In this document: positions 52,201 to 64,000 of the stretch, one piece after another | How the letters are laid out: each line of letters begins with the position of its first letter | Numbering within the stretch: the stretch's first letter is position 1 | Source of the DNA: Trichoplax adhaerens | Taxonomy: Eukaryota > Animalia > Placozoa | Direction of reading: 5' to 3' | DNA length: 64,000 bases | Assembly: GCF_000150275.1 (NCBI RefSeq) | Contig: NW_002060975.1 | Coordinates: forward strand, 338,130 to 402,129 | The notes under the pieces: generated by a model | The model's input: the letters and a program-made list of their open reading frames with translations, nothing else | Databases searched by the model: none | Told to the model about the DNA's origin: nothing | Position numbers and translations under genes: made by a program

Positions 52201-55200
52201 GTTTCAAAGTCTTATTGCTTTGTTGTAACACATCGATTGTTAGGGCTTTGATCTAACGCACCATACGCTACTGCACGATGGTAATCTAACCTGGAAAATT
52301 ACTAGCAAAAAGCCAATCGGTTTGAGCAAATTGCACATTATTTTAGCTCGTGCTAGGAGCATGTAAATTAGGAGCCGTTACCTGTTTTAATTGTTGATAA
52401 ATATATGCAATTTGTATTGTTATTGACCAGAATTAAAGGTATTACTTTTGGAAGAATACCTAGTCCTACTCCAAAAGCAAGATGAGAAGTACTGTCTAAA
52501 ATGTGAAAATGTTCAATCCGGACAAAACAGAGACGATAGCAGGGTATTTAATATAATCTATGTTGGATACTTACAAAATGACATTATGTCGTGCCGTATA
52601 TTCAACTAATAGTTTTTATCAATGTTATTCAGACTTTTCCCCCGCGCGAAAGTACCAGAAGCCCGATAATCAAGCTTGGCAATGTTATTGCTCGAGGAAA
52701 TGCTGCTGGTAAGATTAGACGATCATAGATTATGATTTAGGAATGACGTACTATGTCTTAACGCATTACTTTATGAAATATGTAGAGAAGACTGGTTTCT
52801 TTCTAGTCAATACATCACCAGTTGGTCCCCAAATTTATGAGTTAATTGCTGCTACGAAAAATGATAGAAATATGTAGGTTTAGAAATCATTTCATTGCAA
52901 GCATGTACAGTAATTGTAATTCTAGTTTTGATGCGAATTTTTATAATTCAAGATGGCTTGAGCAGATAAGTAAAACGAAAACTGAAATGGAGGCAAGACG
53001 AGGTTATTATCATTGAGCTTTTCTGTCTATGTAATTAAATTTACGCAGGTGTAACTTTTGGAATATAATTTACAGGGAGATCTCGACGTCCTGGATTGCT
53101 TGCTACTAGGACAAGTTTGACTACCGAGCTGGAAAAAAATGAGGATGATTCGTCTCCTATCAGTGAAACGAAACCGGATATTAAAAGCGAATTTTCGATA
53201 AACAGCACCGATGACGTTAAGAAATCTACAAACTCTGACGATGAAAATTTATCTTTAAGTGGTGATGAAGGTTAAATAATAGAATGAAAGGCAAAGTTTT
53301 TATAATTGGTTTGTTATATAATTTTTGTATTTTAAGTACAATTATACCTTATGGTGTAGCTACTGAACCGGAGCAAAATGCGAAATTAAGCGAAATATCT
53401 GATAAAGAAATCAATTTAAGTGTAACAGATACTAATAGTTTAACGGATTCAATAAACGTAAGTTTTAAGATTAAGTACTTAGACAGAATTTAACGCTTCT
53501 GCACAGATTCGATACAATGATTTGAAAATATTGCGTCATGTTTTTTTAAGAGCCAACATTTTAGCGAAGGGACTGGAATAATATTTTTATCATATTACTA
53601 TATTTAGAATTCTACTGTTACCACAGATGACCACATCTCTAACAAGGATAATTTTACAAACGTCCAGATTATAGGTATAAATACTGTTATATGCATATGC
53701 TACTAGCATTGCATATGTTGTTCATTGACAATGAAGTAAAGTACGAGTCTTCAAAAAATTTTTCTTCTTAATACTTTCTTAACTTGACACAGAAAAAATC
53801 AAGGAAAAAGATCGGCAAATTACGGCGTTGATGAGAGATAGATCGAAACTCTTGAATGAACTCAAAGTTAGTTAAAAGCTAATATTACTTGTCTATAATA
53901 TTGGTAGTCATTATTACCACGTGTAAAGAATATTTCATTAACATGGAATGTAATTATTGATAGGGCCTATCTCCTGCAATACCGACTGTAACTGATAATG
54001 ATATCCCCGTAGAGTGTAACGTAAGTTATTAAAAACGATGTGAATATGTACAATCACTCTCCGTAGGGATAATTGCTTATTGATGTATCTTGACATATCC
54101 TATTTACTGTAGAAAACTAATATTTGGAAAAGCATTGCGGTTCGGTAAGAAGTTTTACGTTGATAATATTTATAGCAAATGGTTGCTCGTATGAATATAG
54201 ACCTTATTACTTGCTCTTGTGTTATCAGTTGTAATTCAGATATTATTGACTGATACTACATTATAGTGAGATGAATTGATTTAACGTTGAATTTGTATCA
54301 TTTTCATTCGCAGAGACTTAGTGATTGATGCAAAATCCAACGGTTAGTTTGGCAAGATATAAAATAAATTGCTTAAATTCAGTACTAGAATAAGTCATGT
54401 ACCTTTTCTAATATTGAAAAATATATTTCTAGCTGGACAATTGAGAAGTTTAACCAGTGAATTAATAAGGCTTAATATAGATAATTTAAACTCAGGTAAA
54501 TATTGTATATAATTTATTTGTAACGTACATACATACATGATGTGAATTAGGCAATCATAAGGTAGATTATCCCGTTTTGTTAACATGTTGCTTTTTTGTT
54601 GATATTAAAATATATTTGATGTAAATCAATCAATTAGATGGGGCATATAGTGAAAAATTTTTAGAAGATCGGCAGTCTTCTTTGCAGGTATAGTAATAAG
54701 TTTGTTTGAAAAAAAATGATAAGAGTATCAATAAATCATCCTTACCGGTTATTATTGATATGGTATGGCAAAGTATTATAATGTACAATTATATTTTGAT
54801 TTTACTTTACTTGATACTAATTGTAGGAAAATGTCATTTCAATTTCGTCTGCAATTGATAATAAGCTGACACGATTATTGGTAAGAAATTGTTGACCTCA
54901 TTTTATGCTAGGAATTGTATAACATATAACCGATATTATAAATGGAGTTACCAATTCTTAATGTTTTATCTAAATAGGAAATAGTTCAAACTCCAAGTAC
55001 AATTGTTGAAAGGTAGGTATACTTTGTGATCTCATTAGTGGTCAATATTTGGACGTTAGCAGCAGTAGTTGTAAAGATTGTATTTTTTTTGCAATACCAA
55101 TTGAATAGAGAGGATGAACCCTGTAATGATGTAAAACGTAGTAATAGTGGTGGTCATGTGTCTGAACTAAGAAAGCAATTTGAAAGTCAAAGATCACCAG

Positions 55201-55566
55201 TATTACATAATTCTTCAAAAGCCGGTAAGTATACTGTACTAGTGAAATAATTGAATACATTGTAATTGATCTATTTCCTAATGATTGAAAATTGGCTTAG
55301 ATATTCCATTTTTGCAACAACGTGCGCGATTAAATAAGCAAGATAGATCTGATCATGTAAACAGTAACGAAACATTTACGATGGTAAGTATCATAAAGTG
55401 AGAAAATATTATTTCATCATGTTAAGTATGTCATCAAATTGATTGGTTTGTGATTGTATCTACATAATTTTAGCCGATAGCTACAGATCGTCAAACTCCT
55501 GATGTGGAAAATAATGACAACTTTACCATTGGATCTCCTGATAGTGAAGGCGTATTCACTATCTAG
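43265..55566 (+). CDS. RGS-RhoGEF (PDZ-rgRGS-C1-DH-PH), RhoGEF2/ARHGEF11/ARHGEF12 pro-orthologue, many short exons
   Basis: ATG 43265 is preceded by an in-frame stop. PDZ (IQRIVTIFRDQQNSYGFTVSGDNPVFVQSVREGGPAYNAGIQRGDRIVKVN), rgRGS (HIAVFLHYLISNSDPNSLLFYL; DFRQKRTLGLGSLFG), C1 (48606-~48960), DH (KRQAVINELIHTEKVHVRNLKVL; ECENHPLCRRLRLQDLI..RLTKYPLLL) and PH (LLHDGNLTWK; PQIYELIA). The last exon ends DSEGVFTI*; C-terminal exons are less certain. Confidence 0.9.
44134..44151. repeat. (AT)n microsatellite in a RhoGEF intron
   Basis: atatatatatatatatat. Confidence 0.85.
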
Positions 55567-55677
55567 AAGTTACACTATTTTCGTATTGCAAGTGGTTGAT
55601 TACAGATTGAAATGTAGTGATGATCCATTGGACAGTGCTACAGAAGTATCTATATGTTTGTGTATGCGTGTGCTATT

Positions 55678-55700
55678 TGTGTGTGTGTGTGTGTGTGTGT
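55678..55700. repeat. (TG)n microsatellite 3' of the RhoGEF stop
   Basis: About 11 TG units. Confidence 0.9.
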
Positions 55701-57618
55701 ATGTGATACGTATACGTATCATCAAATATTTGATATTTCAATGTTGCGAGCAATGTACATCATCGGCCACTACTAATTACTGTTTTTAATATATTTTTCG
55801 GGTTAATTTTAAAAAAAATTATCTATTGTACATGATAAATTTACTAAGCGACAAAGGGAAATTGTGGGTTATAGCTATAAGATGATGACATCAGTTTTTT
55901 TCATTGTCGTTGTATTTTATTGATCCACTTTTATTATTGTAAAGAAAGCTAGCGTCTGGAGAGAAGCTTAGCTTAGATGGATGTAGAAGTAATTATGTAA
56001 CGGTTTTAATGCCTAGTTTGTTTTTACCTAGCTGTAGGTTACAGAACATATTTTGTACTATATCGAATTTGTCTTGTACGATATAGAGTGTATTGGATAT
56101 CATTTTTGAGGCGAATTATGGATATATTTGTAGTGTATTATTACCTATTAGGATATCGATCTAGATAGGAAAGATATTAATCAGCGTTTAGTTAATGATG
56201 AAATTGCCATGTATGGAGATTGGCCTTACTGTTATTGAATAGTATAGATTGATAGCAATCCATTTTAAATTTTTTAAATTCGATACCGTATTTTACGTGT
56301 TATTAGTGGACATACTATTCTAACCATGATACCTATTGGTTTGTTGGAAATGGACATGTATGGAATTTTAAATATCCAGCATTGACATTGTTTTATCATT
56401 CTTTATTAACCATGTGTAATATCTAAGTCAAAGGAATATATCATCTATGACTGCAGTCATTCAAGGTAATTGTGTTACCATAATGTAAAAACAACACAGT
56501 GATGTGTTTTAAATCTTTCCTTGGGCATGACAATTGATAAGCAATCTAGCCTATAAGTGTAAGTACGACAGCATACCACTACGTACTAACAATCAATAAA
56601 GCTTTAAACGCCTTTCGATAGAAATATCGATGTTATGGACATTGTATAGTATTGATAGAGTTTTTGTGCATATACATTTATTATACAGTACAGCGAGTAG
56701 AGAGCATAGAGCTACTGCAACCTTGGTCATGTTAACAGTATTGCTGTCGACAGTGTCTTTTTTTTTTTAGTGCGAGTAGTCCATGGTATTATCAACAGGC
56801 CAAGTCTATGTCAATACGATACTGCTCCACCTCCGCCATGTTTGCAACATTCCTTCGTTGCTATCAGGCAGTAGGATACAGTGCTGTTGCAACCTCTATC
56901 ATCATGTTTGCCACATCTCATCGTCATCGTTGTTGAGCTTCTTGAAAGCCTAGAGGTTGTATAATTTTTCCCTTTACCTGTACCTGTATGATTCAAACCA
57001 ACCAACGTTTTTCTTCTTCTTGGAATAGGATGCATATTAGCCTATTCGGTATGCGCCGTTAGATTCTCCACTAGCTCCAAAAGTCGACAGACTACAGGAC
57101 AGAGCGAGAGCGGCTAATTTACTGCATTAAATTCATAAATTTTACGCTCTATGGGATTGAACGCTGCAAAAAATATTGGGATCATATGTAATCTACTGTG
57201 CTACTACATTGCATAGAGTTAAATTGTCCTAGACCCGGACCCATTGCAGCAGCCACATGACCAACTCGTCAACGCTGTAGAGATCATATATAATATTTTC
57301 CCTATCATATTCTATCATCGTATCCTATAACATTAGCCAGTTATCCAGACCAATCCGAACGTACGATGTACGATGGCGTAAAGTATTTACTTACGAGCCA
57401 ATGAAGCCGACATAGACGGATAGACCAATTTCAATACCATCATACACTCTGACCATGACTATTTTGGCTAGCAAAGTCGGCGGATTCAATCTCGTATTCT
57501 ATAATTGTATTTTGAATTGAAATGTGTAACATTTGAATAGCAATATTATATACTGTATGACAATATACGCTTTCACTTCATGATCAGTAGCATCAAAATA
57601 GTGCAAACATACTGTAGT

Positions 57619-58160
57619 GTCCAGTCCAGTCCGTCCTCTCTAGTCCTGTCCAGTCAATGTCACCCTTTTAGCGAGCACCCCTACCATGGGAAAGGATCAC
57701 CATCCATGTCAAATCATTTCTTCAGTCCAGTCTAGTCCAGTCCGTCCTATCTAGTCCTGTCCAGTCAATGCCACCCCTAGCGAGTAAGCCTACCATGGGA
57801 AAGGATCACCATCCATGTCAAATCCTATCTTCAGTCCAGTCCAGTCCTTCCACTCCATTCCAGTCCGTCCTATCCCGTCCGGTCCACCCCACCCCTAGCG
57901 AGTAAGTCTACCATAGGAAAGGATCACCATCCATGTGAAATCCTATCTTCAGTCCAGTCCTGTCCGCTCTAGTCAAGTCCGTCCTATCCCGTCCGGTCCA
58001 CCCCACCCCTAGCGAGTAAGATAACCATAGGAAAGGATCACCATCCATGTGAAATCCTATCTTCAGTCCAGTCCCGTCCTGTCCTGTCCTGTCCAGTCCC
58101 GTCCACTCCAGTCCTGTCCACTCGAGTCCAGTCCGTCCTATCCCGTCCAGTCCACCCTGT
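57619..58160. repeat. Composite minisatellite, ~4.5 units of ~106-118 bp: variable (GTCCA/GTCCT)n tract + conserved core
   Basis: The core tagcgag...accat(g/a)ggaaaggatcaccatccatgt(c/g)aaatc...tcttcagtccag recurs at ~57668, ~57777, ~57895 and ~58009. Confidence 0.92.
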
Positions 58161-60632
58161 CAGGAAGAGAAAAAAAAGTGTGACTGGCGCAATGCCGTGA
58201 CGGCCACCCGCATACGGACATGCAGACACTGGACAATGGTCCCCATTGAGACCGTTTCAATGCAAGACCTCGTGTAAAAGCATGAGACGGTAGTAGAGTG
58301 GGTTTTGCGTCGACTATGACTAGGCTGGCGTGACGGAAGAGCTTGACTATAGCGTATGAAGTATGTTTTTAGTGGTGGTTGGAAAACGATTGTCCGCTAG
58401 CTTGGCTTAGTGGAGGAGAGAAAGACCAACAATATTTGCAATTCTTGCTTGCAAGACGCTGCCCAATTTCTCATCGCTTTTGCAAATTGAAGTGGAATAG
58501 AATGAACAGCCATCGACCAGGAATGAATGGACCACCACCGTCTTACCATCAGGTTTGTAGACTAGAGTAAAGGATGATGCAAGTCAAATAGGTCATACAC
58601 AGGGTTGACAAGGGAGGAAAAGAGGGGAAAAGTGCGCCATCAAGCGGAGAAACCATTGCAATCCTTCCAAGCGCGATCGGGAAAGATCATTTCTCCACCA
58701 TCGAATGGCGATCCATCGCTGTTTTCTTCTTCACTTTCATGCGGTAGACGATCACATTGGAAAAGGGGATACAGCATGCTATTCCATGTATTGGCTAATC
58801 CGATAGAGAAAGTCATTGATAGCGACATGCTATGGGACAAGAAGGAAACAACAGCCAAACCACTGCATCATGCCGATCGATCCTTTTTTAGCCATTTCAA
58901 GCATGATTCAACCAACGGTGCAATCATGGTAGCAATATACGATGAAGGCGAGAGGGAAAGACCTTTATTTTCATCAAGTCCATTACAAAGAAGAGATGGA
59001 CAGCAAACTAGTTCATTCTTTCACTTTGGACTTTTCGTCGATAGGCCGTCATCATTGCAACGTCTAATTGACGACATTGCTGACATACTTGTTCACCAGT
59101 AGGGAGAGGGCCACTTTTCTGCACATGCCAACACTGCTTTCCAATCCTATTCTTAGTGAGGATAGGAGCGATTTCAACCTTCCTTAGTATCATACAGTCA
59201 ATAATTAGGCATGGAGAAAAAAAAAAGGGGAATAGCTTATCCGTTCTTCATTGGAAACCCATCATCGACATGCCGCGCTTATAGGACATTGACTACCACC
59301 AAAAATAGTTTCCATCAAGAATGGAAAAAAGATTCATTTTTCCCATCATCCAATGGCTCCTTTTTTTTTTTCAATCATGCGATGATGGACGACATTCAAT
59401 CAGTGAACCTCAAGGACAAGCGATCAACATAGAGAAAAATAGGCAAGACTCCAATACAGAGTCTATTCTTCACTCATTTCATTCCTAAAGCTATCCTCTT
59501 TTTACCTTGGCTTCTACCGACAGGACAAGGCCGATATTTTCCCGTCGGTAGTACAGTAAAATAACCCCTTTTTCCTATCCTCTAATCACTCCTTTTCAAT
59601 CGTACAACAAATCCAGGATATTCAACGTTTGAATTTCATCATCATCATCATGCAATCCATGGACAGTGATCGAGGGAAAGCGTTAGATAGGTAATCTTCC
59701 CTTCTTTCCAAGCCATCATCGACATGGCTTTGCCTCTAGTTCAACGACGTCACTGATATTTTCCATCGCTAGTAAAATCGTTAACATAGACTACCAGCGG
59801 AACGCTCTTTTAATCCATCCTACCACGATACAAGCACTAGGCAAGCAAGATTATACCCTCGTCCTCTTGGGTGGAAGGAAATGCAAAACGTTAGTCAGCA
59901 TTCAGTTTTTCATCCCTTCACGATCGGCATCGTCTTCAAAGTTTGAAGTAAATGAAGACTGGTTGACATTTTGACTGTCCATCGGTAGTCCACTTCAATT
60001 GTAGTGTTGTTTGTTCTTTCCTAAACAGTCCGATTTCGGCCTTGAACAACATCCTATTCAAGGATCATTTGAATCTGGTTGTATTTTTCTATTCTACGGG
60101 ATGATCATTCGCTTGATTCTGTACTCAGCCATAACCCTATCCAGTCAAAAGAGTAGACACAGACCCTACGCACTAAATCGACTTCTCGTTGGTGTCTATC
60201 CATCCCTTTTTTTCCCACCTTTAACTCTGGATATGGACATCCAATTTGAAATGATTTATTCATTTTTTACAACACATTGATACGTTCAAGTTGTTTTGAC
60301 TTCCAATATTAATAGCGATCGCCATGATGACTCATAGTATGCGATAATAACTAGATCAATGCCAACAGTATTAAAAATTCATCAGTCTTCCTTTCTGTCG
60401 CCGTTGTTGTCCATCAAACGACAACTAAATCACAAGCAAAAAGTTCTCTTAGCGTAAAATAGGGACAATCCTTACTTCCAGTCAATTCAAAACTTGGACA
60501 TTCTCAACTACATTGACCGTGACATTCATTCCATCATATCCTTAAAAATGGGCACAGTCAACGAATCATTCTGCTTGGTAATGCTTCCCTTTCTGACAAC
60601 ATAATGATGTCAATGAATTCGATCACAGAGTG

Positions 60633-61270
60633 GAATACATCTTGTATCCATCAACGTGTAGTTTACAATCGAGATTGATCATCTTAACCAGGCTAAACAT
60701 GAATGACATGGTATCCATGTGCACTATTCCATCATAGACGATAGGATGATGCCGATGATTAGCTAGACTAGGCAGTAGAATACATCGAGTGTCCATCAAG
60801 TTATACAAACATATCCATGTTCTTAACTAGTGTAAAAATGACATTTGTCCATGTCCGATAGTCGATACAATAATGGCGATGATGAGCTAGACCACGGACT
60901 AGAGAATGCATCTTGTATCCATAAAGTATACAACATATCGATCTTATGAACTAGTCTAAAAATGACATGAACGATAGGATGTTGTAGTACTTTAACTTGG
61001 CTCATAAGAACAATCGTAGATGTACGATAGCCTATTCCCTAGTCGACAACATGATGATGAGCTAGAAGTACATCTTGTTCACTAGTTTACAATAAAATTT
61101 AGAAATAGGCTATGCCATCATAAGCTAGACTAGAAATACATCTTGTATCCCATAAAGTATACAACTTTGCGATCTTGTTAACTAAGCTAAAAAAATGAGA
61201 AGAAGAATGATACTTGTGCGATAGCCATCACATACAGCATCATGATGGTAATTAGACTAGAAGGTAGAAT
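60633..61270. repeat. Degenerate tandem repeat, ~5 units of ~70-160 bp
   Basis: Recurring gaatacatcttgtatccat...aactag...aaaaatga...gatag...atgatgagctagac at ~60633, 60778, 60904, 61065 and 61133. Confidence 0.7.
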
Positions 61271-64000
61271 AGGTCGAATTATTTATTCGGGTATTTCCAT
61301 CAGGTTGACAATACATCAATTTCCTTAATAAGGCTACCAATGAAATTGGTACATCGACGTAGGATAGCCTTTCTCATCCTACGGGTAGACTACACAATCC
61401 TATTGGAACTGGTTTGATGCTTCTTCCAACCAAGATACGAATCTCCCACATAACTGTATCCTAGACTAAATTAAAAGTGGATACCAGTTACCATCCTCTG
61501 TCATCAAGGACGAACGATTCATTTTCGACACTATACCTTATTTTGTTTGTCTAATCGAAAGCATAATCCACTCTCAATTACTTGGACTGTATGGAAAAGT
61601 ATCCCTTCAATATCCATCTTGCTATACTTTAAAAAAAGCATAGAATGGAAGCAATATCCCTCAATTGCTTCCAATTGTGATCGTAGCACAAAACATGATG
61701 GAGAGAAAAGTGATCATGAAGAATTGACGATCAACCTCTCGTCGTTTTTTCAACCCTGATTTTTCACTCTCATTTTTACATCCTTCCTATCTCTTGTCAT
61801 CGGCAATTAAAATCGTATTCAACTAGACCTATCATTTCCAGCTTCATGCCGTCCAATTTGCCTCGAATAAGCCATGACTTTCGTCATGTATCACCATGAA
61901 CCTGCCCAAGTGTGATGTTATTACAATTGGATATCCATTCAAAAATCAAAGATTATTCAACTGTTAAATACTCCAGTACTGTAGAAACGGGATTACCCCT
62001 AAATTATCTACAACAATCTTTCCTACTGGAATCCAATTTTCAAATAGCTTGACATAGTTTCATAAAGGAACGAACAGTCATGTCTATACTTGGACTATAC
62101 GCCTAACTTCGATGTCGTTGTGATCTCAGCAAGGAATAATTTACATGTAATATTGTGATGACTGCCATGGAAAATGGAATTACGGCAATGCGAGAAGATA
62201 GAATTGCAAGCTGTTTGCTATGGCTATAGCTTCCATGTTACGAGTAGATGCAAAGTTTCCTATCGAGTACAACCTTGTTGTAATCGATGGAAACGCATCC
62301 TCAAATTAAACTAGTAAACGCCAACATGAAATAGTTCAATGATTGCATCGGAAAATAGAATCAATGTCGACGTAGCGATCGGGTTAACCAACTACTGTAC
62401 TATGCTAATTCTGTATGCAGTGTTGGGATATGGATAAAGGGGGGTAGCTACTTGTACATGCTGTCTAAAATAACTGTAGAATAGAATAGAATAAATGATG
62501 GCAATCAATTAAATTGATTCCTTTCTCATAATCCATCTGTTTTTCTCTCTATCAATCATTCAGGGTGAACCAGAACAAATAGGAAGAAATCGTAAGTCCG
62601 TAAAGTGAATCTTGCTAATCAATTCATTTCCATCTTTTTCAGCCTTTTTTGGGGGATTTGATAGTGAATAAAATTTGCAATAGCAACAGTCCTCTTTTTC
62701 ATTTTTATGCTCTATCCTTGGCGGTGTAGATAGATGCATGCCGGCACTTTAATTTAGACTGATAAAAATAGTATAGATGCCATTTCGTTTTTAGATTCAA
62801 TTGGATATTGTAACTAAAACAAGTACAACATAGAGTAGAGACATTGAGCCAGTCTGTCAACATTACTGTAGATGTTTGCAGCTTGTGATTGAAAAAGGAT
62901 TGCTGTACAAAAGCTGTTAATAAGGATGATTAGTGATTATCGATATTCCTATTACCCATTTGGATGGCTTATTAAAGGATTAAGTTATTGTAAAGTGCTA
63001 ACGGCATGAAATTAGAGCTTTAGTAACATGGATTTGTATACTCGCTTAGCCTAATTCATTACACCTATTTTAACCAGAGTTTGATTAATTAGAGGACACC
63101 ATTTTAAATTACCTATTTTATTGATTTATTCTCCATCGTTCAATAATTTAGCTTCCAAATATGTCCCACCCCATATGCGTGGACGTCGGCAAGGCTCTCG
63201 AAGTTTAGCTGAATTAGAAACACAAATATCCACCAAATCTCCTGGTAGCAGTCGAGGTTAGCACTTTCTCCCCGCCATTTTTTTTCATCCAACATTGATC
63301 TTGGTGTAATCTCCCTCGATCCTACGTCGAAACTTTTCAATCATGCAGAGTAGAACTATTCAGCATGTGTTCCTAGCGATAGCGATCGTAGAAATGATCG
63401 ATCGATCATGTTATTTTCTATCCGAACTCTTTTACTCCATTTCATAATCAAGCTTTGTAATCTCTTTCCATTGCATGATGAAAAGTGAAATTGACTTTCG
63501 TATTGCTTTCTTACACCCTGCAAACATTGCTTGCTCTCTTCTGAAATGGGTGTTTGTTCAAACGAATTCTCCCTTCACAGTATAATCAACTACTGTATGA
63601 TTCTAGACTGGAAAGTCATGTAAAAAGGCATCCATCCATCGATCTTCTTTCTAGTCGAAGTCATAATGTAGTAGATGATCGATTGATTGATTTATGCTAC
63701 CATAACCAGTTGTTATTTGTACAGTCATAAACTGGCTTTTCTTGTAGTAATCTAGGACACAGTAAAGTGTACTCTACAATGCCTTTTCATCGTCAATATT
63801 ATTTTATTGATCGCTAGCTATAGTGTGCCAATCCATCAATTGTTTTCAAGGTGATGAAAATCAATTTTGCCCCGACCTTTTCCCCTGACACACTTTCTCA
63901 CCTTTGAAATCAGTTTCTGACGTAGTGAGGAAAAGAAAAAAAATCAAACTCGTTTGGCAAATGTTATAGTAGTATACCGGCAAAGCGGAACGATTGACGA

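Noticed and set aside
7000-53336. Apparently frequent AAG splice acceptors (e.g. 7000, 9667, 10972, 13533, 14283, 47400, 51602) linked to a variant U2AF35
   Set aside because: They are a small minority of acceptors in an AT-rich genome, and the specificity residues equivalent to S34 and Q157 are conserved.
57619-58160. Hammerhead ribozyme or CRISPR-like array in the minisatellite (CTGAAGA on the - strand; repeat-spacer look)
   Set aside because: The stem after CTGAAGA is followed by TTCC rather than GAAA. The spacers are simple pentamer tracts, the context is eukaryotic and there are no cas genes.
58379-60280. ORFs 58605-59102, 59211-59432, 60011-60280 and neighbours as genes
   Set aside because: No recognisable motifs, mostly non-ATG starts and no coherent splice chain.
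60633-61270. C/D snoRNA cluster or hammerhead array (repeated ATGATGA)
   Set aside because: No matching CTGA D boxes and no CTGATGA...GAAA catalytic core.

Overview
AT-rich, intron-dense genomic DNA of an early-branching animal. The style is consistent with a placozoan such as Trichoplax, but this is an inference. By reading splice sites by hand I reconstructed five spliced protein genes and one tRNA. (1) ZDHHC23 palmitoyltransferase (+). (2) A large SorLA/SORL1 receptor (-) whose six-FN3 stalk is interrupted by a cassette of 7 SRCR and 4 extra LDLa domains. (3) An intron-containing tRNA-Arg(TCT) (+). (4) U2AF35 (U2AF1/U2AF1L4 pro-orthologue, -) with an RD/RE tail instead of an RS domain. (5) The gamma-secretase subunit PEN-2 (PSENEN, +), which the ORF track misses and which lies head-to-head with U2AF35, as human PSENEN and U2AF1L4 do. 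(6) A PDZ-RGS-C1-DH-PH RhoGEF (RhoGEF2/ARHGEF11/12 type, +). The presumed promoters carry dense TACAGT/ACTGTA motif clusters. There are three tandem repeat arrays and a gene-free, repeat-bearing right end (57.6-64 kb). The best candidates for novelty are the SRCR-bearing SorLA and the ancient U2AF35-PEN2 bidirectional pair within a conserved linkage block.
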